DNA of 4,666 nucleotides from a virus (Duplodnaviria; Heunggongvirae; Uroviricota; Caudoviricetes): IMG/VR virus record IMGVR_UViG_2534682252_000033; one strand, 5' to 3'. Shown piece by piece: positions 1 to 4,666 of this stretch (position 1 is its first letter; each line of letters starts with the position of its first letter). The notes under the pieces were generated by a model. It saw only the letters and a program-made list of their open reading frames with translations, ran no database searches and was not told where the DNA came from. The position numbers and the translations under genes were made by a program.

Positions 1-12
1 CAACACACGGAA

Positions 13-153
13 TTACCGTGTTTTTGCCTTCTCTGCCCATACAATACGGGCATATACTTCATTCTCTATTGTAATATTTCTATCCATGTGCCCCACTCCA
101 TTTACCTGTAAATAATATTCAAAATATTTATCACAGAAATCGTTTTTGGCCAT
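13..153 (-). CDS. Hypothetical small protein, 46 aa (MAKNDFCDKYFEYYLQVNGVGHMDRNITIENEVYARIVWAEKAKTR), downstream of Rz
   Basis: Hand-translated ATG(153..151)-to-TAA(15..13) ORF, below the 60-aa cutoff of the supplied track. Protein-like composition, but no Shine-Dalgarno; a TATAGT -10-like hexamer lies 12 nt upstream on the minus strand. I recognise no family. Confidence 0.2.
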   Translation of the reverse strand: MAKNDFCDKYFEYYLQVNGVGHMDRNITIENEVYARIVWAEKAKTR

Positions 154-235
154 GAACTGAGCACACTATAAAGTCCGGAACTGACTCTTTGTTAAATTAC
201 CTTAACGTTACCAGTAACACCCTCATAACAAAACA

Positions 236-703
236 TCACGGTATACACTGGGTACGGATATATTCCTGTGCTCCTTCCAGTTGCTTCTGCATTGCCATCA
301 GCCGTTCTCTGAGGATGAAATAATCCCGTTCAGCGGTGTCTGCCAGTCGGGGGCCGGTTGCATTATCCACGCCGGAGGTGCCGGTGGCTTCACGCACGGT
401 ACCGGAGCAGGTGGCGTTGATCCGCAGGCGCTTACGACCAGCGGCAACATCAGCACGCAGAGTTTCATTTTCAGCTCTCGCATCGGCTAATTCCCTCGAG
501 TATCTGGCATCAAGTGCAGCGACATCACGCTGGCGTATCTGCATATCAGTAATTGTCGCGTTCGCCAGCTCCAGCTCACTGGCTTTTTTATCGCGCTGCT
601 CTTTGTAGATGATGGCGTGATCACGGTAATGATTCAGCCCCAGACTAAGCGCACCACAGGCCACCAGCAGGACAATGATAACCACACACAGAACACGGTT
701 CAT
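236..703 (-). CDS. Rz: Rz-like i-spanin (inner-membrane spanin subunit), 155 aa
   Basis: Track ORF 236..760, trimmed to the internal ATG at 703..701 (MNRVLCVVIIVLLVACGALSLGL...). This gives the expected N-terminal transmembrane segment followed by a charged, coiled-coil-like periplasmic domain, and resembles RzpD/Rz-type proteins as I remember them. GGTGG lies a few nt upstream. Last gene of the holin-endolysin-spanin order. Confidence 0.85.
   Translation of the reverse strand: MNRVLCVVIIVLLVACGALSLGLNHYRDHAIIYKEQRDKKASELELANATITDMQIRQRDVAALDARYSRELADARAENETLRADVAAGRKRLRINATCSGTVREATGTSGVDNATGPRLADTAERDYFILRERLMAMQKQLEGAQEYIRTQCIP
298..483 (-). CDS. Rz1: Rz1-like o-spanin (outer-membrane lipoprotein spanin subunit), 61 aa, embedded in Rz
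   Basis: ORF lies wholly inside Rz in a different frame. It has a lipoprotein signal with lipobox-like LVVSAC-G and a proline-rich mature part (PPAPVPCVKPPAPPAWIMQPAPDWQTPL), as in lambda Rz1. GAGGGAA sits about 10 nt upstream of the ATG at 483. The true start could be the second Met (MKLCVLM...). Confidence 0.8.
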   Translation of the reverse strand: MRELKMKLCVLMLPLVVSACGSTPPAPVPCVKPPAPPAWIMQPAPDWQTPLNGIISSSENG

Positions 704-704
704 A

Positions 705-818
705 TCACCACCAACGGATTGCCCAGACCAGAACAGCAATGGCCACAATACGAATGGCAAAAGCTGCCGCTCTTGTTAAATCCAGACTGGCTGGCGTCTC
801 CACTTCAATGCCTTTCAT
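705..818 (-). CDS. Hypothetical 37-aa membrane peptide (MKGIEVETPASLDLTRAAAFAIRIVAIAVLVWAIRWW), translationally coupled to Rz
   Basis: Hand-translated ORF with a GAGG Shine-Dalgarno about 9 nt upstream of the ATG at 818..816. One predicted transmembrane helix. Its TGA stop (707..705) is 1 nt from the Rz ATG (703), and its terminal TGGTGG codons supply the GGTGG upstream of Rz. Small size keeps confidence low. Confidence 0.25.
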   Translation of the reverse strand: MKGIEVETPASLDLTRAAAFAIRIVAIAVLVWAIRWW

Positions 819-916
819 AATGGACAACCTCAGAAAGAATCTTTTATACTTCCTCACAGGGAAAGTACCTCCCTACCCATAATTTCTCCCTTGCCTTACT
901 CAAGGTCAGAAAACAC

Positions 917-950
917 AAAACCCCGCTTGCTGCCAACAAACGGGGTTTTT
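917..950. terminator. Bidirectional intrinsic-terminator-like hairpin between endolysin and Rz
   Basis: AAAA-CCCCGcTTG-ctgccaa-CAAaCGGGG-TTTTT: a GC-rich stem (5 bp plus 3 bp across one mismatch) flanked by an A-run at 917..920 and a T-run at 946..950, so each strand sees a stem followed by a U-tract (minus strand: ...CGGGGUUUUGUGUUUU). Confidence 0.5.
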
Positions 951-1038
951 ACTTTTATTCACTTAGGTTTTACCAGTTTTCAGGATTTCGTGTTATCCAC
1001 CCGCGTTGGCCAACGTCATTTTTCAGGAAAATATTCTG

Positions 1039-1572
1039 CTATCTGTCGATGTCCCAGCACGCCAGCGCGCTCTCCTGGTCACGCCGTGAGACCTGACCGT
1101 AGCAATTATTTGAACGGATACGGCAGTCTCTGCCACCGTCCTTAATCCACCAGCGAATCGCCTCACAGGCACCTTTTCGATCGCCTGCATTAATTCGTTT
1201 ATAAAACGTCGACGGGAAGCACTTACCGGGGCCAATGTTGTACGGACAGAATGACGCGATCCCCGCTTTCTGGGGTTCGGTCAGCGGCACCCGGATGTTT
1301 TTCTCCACCCATGCCAGCGCCTTGTCACGTTCGATGGCATTAACCCGGTCGCATTTTTCCTTTGACAGCTTCATGCCAGGAATAACAGGCTTACCATCCA
1401 CCAGAATGGCACCACGGCAGATGGTCCAGATCCCCGCACCATCACGGTATGCCGTGGTGTGGTTACCTTCCTTTTCATCCAGAAACTGGTCGAGGATTTC
1501 AGGCGCAGAAGCACCTGCACCAATCAGCGCCAGAACGGCAGCCGACAGGCCGTATTTTATTTTTTCGTTCAT
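1039..1572 (-). CDS. R: Phage lysozyme, SAR (signal-anchor-release) endolysin, T4-lysozyme-like / GH24 family, R21/RrrQ-like, 177 aa
   Basis: The 177-aa ORF has a Gly/Ala-rich, weakly hydrophobic N-terminal segment (YGLSAAVLALIGAGASAPEIL) typical of SAR domains. It is followed by E35-x8-D44-x5-T50 (EKEGNHTTAYRDGAGIWT), the catalytic-triad spacing of T4 lysozyme E11/D20/T26 and phage 21 R21 E35/D44/T50. It sits between holin and Rz/Rz1. No obvious Shine-Dalgarno precedes the ATG. Confidence 0.9.
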   Translation of the reverse strand: MNEKIKYGLSAAVLALIGAGASAPEILDQFLDEKEGNHTTAYRDGAGIWTICRGAILVDGKPVIPGMKLSKEKCDRVNAIERDKALAWVEKNIRVPLTEPQKAGIASFCPYNIGPGKCFPSTFYKRINAGDRKGACEAIRWWIKDGGRDCRIRSNNCYGQVSRRDQESALACWDIDR

Positions 1573-1689
1573 GGGGATTTATCGATTTCTAATCCCTTGA
1601 TATGTTAGGTATATAATCCAACACTCATGGTCGCTCTCATAAACATATCCCTTGAGACGCAGCAGATTACAACAAATGAAGCCATATAA

Positions 1690-2004
1690 ATGAACAGTAA
1701 AGAAAGTTTGCGCAGAAGATTTTTACAACTAATGACAGAAAACGTTAAATCAGAGTTACTTCTTCTGATGGCAGATAATAACGAAGCAACAAGCAGCATT
1801 CTTGCAGACCCTTACGGTAAGATCTCACATAAAACGCTGGATATTATTACCACAACATTAACACCGCTGATGCTTCAACGGCTGAAACATAATATCAACG
1901 CATGGGTTAATGAAGAATTAAGTCCTCCCTGCTTATGGGATTCTCGTTACGCATGTCAGCAAAAAATGCGAATTTTCAACTTACTATCACCAAAGCTCAG
2001 GTAG
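1690..2004 (+). CDS. Hypothetical 104-aa protein on the strand opposite the lysis genes, within the AT-rich segment between holin and endolysin (possibly the YdfR/DUF1327-type small protein of Qin-like prophages; unverified)
   Basis: Only protein-like ORF in the 1573..2259 AT-rich segment; hydrophilic, helix-prone composition. No strong Shine-Dalgarno. A perfect TATAAT hexamer lies at 1612..1617 upstream. The YdfR assignment is from memory of gene order in E. coli K-12 Qin (essQ-ydfR-rrrQ) and needs a search. Confidence 0.45.
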   Translation: MNSKESLRRRFLQLMTENVKSELLLLMADNNEATSSILADPYGKISHKTLDIITTTLTPLMLQRLKHNINAWVNEELSPPCLWDSRYACQQKMRIFNLLSPKLR

Positions 2005-2259
2005 CCATAAAATCCTGCCCTTCATGGCATACAGGATTTCAATGGAATCACAATGACCAACTCTTGCACAGCTGTATCCCTGACTCCCCGACAACTCAGA
2101 TTTTCAGTATCTGCTGCTATCTAAAGAGAAAGCGCACAAATGCAAGGGTCTTTCATCACGTCCTGTTATTGATTGCCTGTGACCTTTTCTTACCTCATGG
2201 AACGTTTTTTCAGTTAGAAATATTCATTTTACAACCAGTTCGTATTGTTTATTCATCGA

Positions 2260-2466
2260 CTACTCTCCCCGCGCCACCTTACGACGGTCCTCTCTGATTT
2301 TGAAATACAGGTTAGTCAGATACGTCAGCAGGCCAAACAGCAGACTTCCCAGCACTCCTATTGCCACCCACTGGGACGGAGAGACTTTGTCCAGCAGCTG
2401 CAGTAACCAGTATCCCGTCCCCACCGCTGACGTGGTGTATGACACACCTGTTGTGATTTTTTCCAT
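2260..2466 (-). CDS. S: Class II holin (pinholin), phage 21 S21-68 / EssD-EssQ-like, 68 aa
   Basis: Protein [68 protein letters not shown] has two transmembrane segments and a charged C-terminus, closely resembling the S21 pinholin as I remember it. GGAGA lies about 10 nt upstream of the ATG. It sits upstream of a SAR endolysin, the usual pinholin partner. Confidence 0.88.
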   Translation of the reverse strand: MEKITTGVSYTTSAVGTGYWLLQLLDKVSPSQWVAIGVLGSLLFGLLTYLTNLYFKIREDRRKVARGE

Positions 2467-2508
2467 CTGATGTATGTCTCCGTCACCGCCGACAGAAAAT
2501 GAAAGTAA

Positions 2509-2547
2509 AGAAAAACAAAAAAGCCGCCAGTGTCACCCACTGACGGC
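2509..2547 (-). terminator. Rho-independent terminator on the minus strand, immediately upstream of the holin (tR'-like position)
   Basis: Minus strand reads GCCGTCAGTG-ggtga-CACTGGCGGC followed by TTTTTTGTTTTTC: a 10-bp stem (one G-U pair), 5-nt loop and U-tract. On the plus strand the hairpin is not followed by a T-run, so it is unidirectional. It lies about 45 to 80 nt upstream of the holin start. Confidence 0.65.
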
Positions 2548-2640
2548 CAACGCCGGGAGCCGTGATTATGGCATTCAGGCTCTGCTAAAAATGCCAGATA
2601 ACATTCCGGCCTCCCCCGATTCAGGTTATAAATGACACAA

Positions 2641-2767
2641 TATCTTGACAACATCCGTCACTGTCTGTCAGAAAATGTACTGCCATATAGAAGCAACATG
2701 TGAAGTACATCTATCCTTTTGAGCCAGCACCTCTCCACCGAAAGTCAGTGCTGGCTGTTTTTTTCCT
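2641..2767 (+). repeat. Direct-repeat unit 1: TTGACA box, CTGTCTGT/GAAAAT motif, then plus-strand intrinsic terminator (stem 2722..2730 / 2748..2756, T-run 2758..2764)
   Basis: tatcTTGACA...CTGTCTGTcaGAAAAT...CCTTTTgAGCCAGCAC-(17-nt loop)-GTGCTGGCT-gTTTTTTT. Perfect 9-bp stem followed by 7 T on the plus strand. Same architecture as unit 2. Confidence 0.6.
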
Positions 2768-2808
2768 TAATAAAGCATCTGTAACTGAAACAATCCGCAT
2801 ATTGATAA

Positions 2809-2913
2809 TATATTGACAGGCATCATTGCTGTCTGTGAAAAATAAGTCTCTACAAACATATAAGGCCTTTTAGCCAGCGTCTTCTTTTTCAGGTCAGTCG
2901 CTGGCTTTTTTTA
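2809..2913 (+). repeat. Direct-repeat unit 2: TTGACA box, CTGTCTGT/AAAATA motif, then plus-strand intrinsic terminator (stem 2872..2879 / 2899..2906, T-run 2907..2912)
   Basis: tataTTGACA...CTGTCTGTgaAAAATA...CCTTTTAGCCAGCG-(19-nt loop)-CGCTGGCT-TTTTTT. Shares motif order and the AGCCAGC/GCTGGCT stem arms with unit 1. It abuts the stop codon (2914..2916) of the NanS-like gene. Confidence 0.6.
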
Positions 2914-3678
2914 TTATGCTGCCGGTGCATTTATCTCCAGCATCAGACTTTCTATCTCAACGCCATACGCTGCATTTTTTGTAACATCCGTCAGCGTCAG
3001 CGCATTCAGTCCCAGTGTCAGACTGTCTTTTATAACCTGGAATGCCGGGCCAGCCACTCCATTCAGTTTCGGAGTAACCATGGCACTGCCGGCGGTGAAC
3101 ACCAGCTCCAGCGTCTGCCAGTCGTTACCGTAATCGCCGAACTCCCCCAGCTTCGTGTTTCCGGCTTTCCTGTGATGCATCAGATTCACTCTGCCGTCAG
3201 TGGTCTGAGTGAAGTACGACATCAGGAACGGATTACCGGTACCCGTCATCGCCACACCATCAGGAACGGGAGCATCCGTATACAGATAAATCCCCAGCCC
3301 GAACTGATTGTTGGTCAGTGCGCCTGACAGGCGGAACTTACAGGTCAGTCTGCCGCCCTGTGTCAGCAGGGTAATTGCGTCATCCACCGGATGCGTCAGG
3401 GACCAGGTTTTATTGCTCTGCCTGGTGATCTTAAATACACCATCTGACAACTGAATTCCGCCATCCTTAATGCTCCAGCCCTGCGCAGCAGCCTCTCCGG
3501 CTGCCGGCAGCAGGGAGATTGTGCGAACGGACGTATCTGCAGACGGACCCGATGGCGTGTTGCCGCCGGGCGAGGGTTTGATTTCCGGTGCCTTACCACT
3601 GATGAAGGCTGAGGTGCGCCCGGCTGCGTTCAGAATAGCGGTTGCCAACGATCCGGAATAATGCTCCTGCGCGCCCAT
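2914..3678 (-). CDS. C-terminal portion of the NanS-p-like protein (putative beta-rich C-terminal domain), out of frame with the esterase domain; fragment of a frameshifted gene
   Basis: 254-aa ORF from its first ATG; the frame is open further upstream to 3783 with no start codon or Shine-Dalgarno, so it is unlikely to be an independent gene. Together with 3815..4666 and the bridging frame 3630..3839 it spans at least 584 codons, consistent with a single multi-domain NanS-p-like gene of the size I recall (about 600 to 650 aa). Confidence 0.5.
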   Translation of the reverse strand: MGAQEHYSGSLATAILNAAGRTSAFISGKAPEIKPSPGGNTPSGPSADTSVRTISLLPAAGEAAAQGWSIKDGGIQLSDGVFKITRQSNKTWSLTHPVDDAITLLTQGGRLTCKFRLSGALTNNQFGLGIYLYTDAPVPDGVAMTGTGNPFLMSYFTQTTDGRVNLMHHRKAGNTKLGEFGDYGNDWQTLELVFTAGSAMVTPKLNGVAGPAFQVIKDSLTLGLNALTLTDVTKNAAYGVEIESLMLEINAPAA

Positions 3679-3814
3679 GAACTGAAATGTGTCGGGCGGT
3701 TTGATGATACCTGGTTTCCATTCGTTCTCGATGCCGCACCGTAATATCCTGATGCCGGAATATCCGGATCTTCTGCCGGCGCGTTAGTGGCGGTATTGAC
3801 GCCGTTACCGTCTG

Positions 3815-4666
3815 TCATGAAGGGCACAAATAAACGCCCTCACTCTCCCTGTTTTTATACCCGCCGTACACGGTGTCGTACTGGGTAGCGTATGTATTTT
3901 TCCAGTAATACGTCGTGTCACCACAAATCCACGGCACATCTGCAGCACTGCCACCATGGCACTGCGCGTTAAACACGGAGAGGTCAGCACGAAACTGTGT
4001 CAGCATGGCTGTAAACAGCGCAGGTTGCTGTGCGTGGGTGGCGGCGCTCATGTCAAACTCTCCCTGCATCCAGCACACCGCCAGCAACACATTTTTCGGG
4101 TTCTTCTGTAATGCAGCTTTGGTGCGCGCAATCAGGTCCTGATATAACGGTTTACCCACACCCCAGCGCGCCGAATCCTGGCTGGCCCCCGTGGACTCGC
4201 TGAATATCCCCTCCGCGCCCTGGGTAAATGCCGAACCACCACGACAGCATGGTACCAGCAGGATCCCCGCGTTATTCGGGATATACGGGAGCAGTTTTTT
4301 GGCAATATGTAACCCCTGGCCGACACAGCCGTACTGCCCTTTGCTCAGGTCTGCCTTCGGATGATTCAGCGTACTCATATCCTGCACATCATGCAGGCAG
4401 TGGTCAGCCGGAATAATATCGTTATATCTGCAGGCAGCCCCGCCCGGCGTCACTGTACTGCGGCGCGCCAGCTGTTTAATGCGCGGATCCGGAGCATCGT
4501 ATGAATCCGGCAGCGGAAGCCCTTCACCGTAAGCCATGGCATTGGACTGCCCGGCCAGTACGATGACGTAGTACCAATCCGGCTCAGATGAAGGGCCGAC
4601 CTGTGGCTCTCCTTCAATAGCCACCGCCTGCATCAGTGTGTACGGCGTAATGGCAACCGGTCCGCC
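3815..4666 (-). CDS. nanS: Prophage NanS-p-like sialate O-acetylesterase, SGNH/SASA esterase domain; 5' end beyond the window; reading frame terminates at 3815 (gene appears frameshifted)
   Basis: The frame is open from the window edge (codons before the track's Met at 4633 read GGPVAITPYTL with no stop). It contains YYVIVLAGQSNAMAYGEGLPLPDSYDAPDPRIKQLARRSTVTPGG and a later WMQGEFD block, which match the GQSN motif and overall pattern of the NanS/YjhS sialate O-acetylesterase family as I remember it. Position just upstream of the holin is typical for nanS-p genes in lambdoid/Stx prophages. Confidence 0.8.
   Translation of the reverse strand, partial: GGPVAITPYTLMQAVAIEGEPQVGPSSEPDWYYVIVLAGQSNAMAYGEGLPLPDSYDAPDPRIKQLARRSTVTPGGAACRYNDIIPADHCLHDVQDMSTLNHPKADLSKGQYGCVGQGLHIAKKLLPYIPNNAGILLVPCCRGGSAFTQGAEGIFSESTGASQDSARWGVGKPLYQDLIARTKAALQKNPKNVLLAVCWMQGEFDMSAATHAQQPALFTAMLTQFRADLSVFNAQCHGGSAADVPWICGDTTYYWKNTYATQYDTVYGGYKNRESEGVYLCPS

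Noticed and set aside
236-760. Longer 174-aa version of Rz starting at 760 (N-terminus MPFVLWPLLFWSGQSVGGD...)
   Set aside because: The extension has no Shine-Dalgarno and would overlap the upstream small ORF; the internal ATG at 703 gives the expected Rz N-terminal transmembrane segment and is preceded by GGTGG.
281-820. Plus-strand ORFs 281..490, 336..608 and 617..820
   Set aside because: Antisense to the well-supported Rz/Rz1 genes; Ala/Arg/Ser-rich or Gln/Thr-rich low-complexity translations typical of the opposite strand of a real gene; no start signals.
891-1600. ORFs 891..1145 (+), 1023..1235 (-) and 1235..1600 (+) overlapping the endolysin
   Set aside because: All overlap the strongly supported endolysin CDS in other frames or on the other strand, with compositions typical of antisense or out-of-frame reads (Arg/Ser/Pro-rich).
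1605-2297. ORF 1605..1799 (-) and ORF 1935..2297 (+) in the AT-rich segment
   Set aside because: 1605..1799 is antisense to the more protein-like 1690..2004 ORF and is Cys/Ser/Leu-rich. 1935..2297 overlaps both the 3' end of 1690..2004 and the holin 3' end and has no start signal. Neither is convincing, though 1935..2297 cannot be fully excluded without homology data.
2358-2654. ORF 2358..2654 (-) overlapping the holin start and the upstream terminator
   Set aside because: Out of frame with the holin and running across a strong intrinsic terminator and the intergenic region; Cys/His/Arg/Trp-rich composition unlike a real protein.
2645-2672. Canonical sigma-70 promoter reading of TTGACA plus 17-nt spacer on the plus strand in the repeat units
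   Set aside because: The hexamers 17 to 18 nt downstream (TCAGAA in unit 1, TGAAAA in unit 2) are poor -10 elements, so I report the TTGACA boxes as conserved repeat motifs rather than annotating promoters.
3396-4416. Short ORFs 3396..3599 (-), 3470..3661 (+), 3805..3990 (-), 3915..4142 (+), 4132..4326 (-), 4228..4416 (+)
   Set aside because: All lie inside the NanS-like coding region in alternative frames or on the other strand, with Arg/Pro/Ala-rich translations characteristic of spurious ORFs in GC-rich coding sequence.
1-4666. CRISPR array, tRNA/rRNA genes, IS element or integrase
   Set aside because: No regularly spaced direct repeats with unique spacers, no cloverleaf-compatible or T-loop-like segments, and no terminal inverted repeats or transposase/integrase-like ORFs were found on either strand.

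Overview
This window reads as the late/lysis region of a lambdoid (phage 21 / Qin-DLP12-like) prophage from an enterobacterium, with all convincing genes on the minus strand. In transcription order (high to low coordinates): a NanS-p-like sialate O-acetylesterase gene that runs off the window edge and is broken into three reading frames (2914..4666); a 447-bp intergenic region with two diverged direct-repeat units and a strong minus-strand terminator just upstream of the holin; a class II pinholin (2260..2466); an AT-rich ~690-bp segment carrying one opposite-strand 104-aa ORF (1690..2004); a SAR endolysin (1039..1572); a ~335-bp spacer with a bidirectional terminator-like hairpin and a 37-aa membrane-peptide ORF; then Rz (236..703) with Rz1 embedded (298..483). 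No tRNA, rRNA, CRISPR array or IS element was seen. I did not find a clear multi-gene novel system; the most unusual features are the two interruptions of the lysis cassette and the repeated promoter/terminator-like units upstream of the holin. All homology statements are from memory of protein families, not from a database search.
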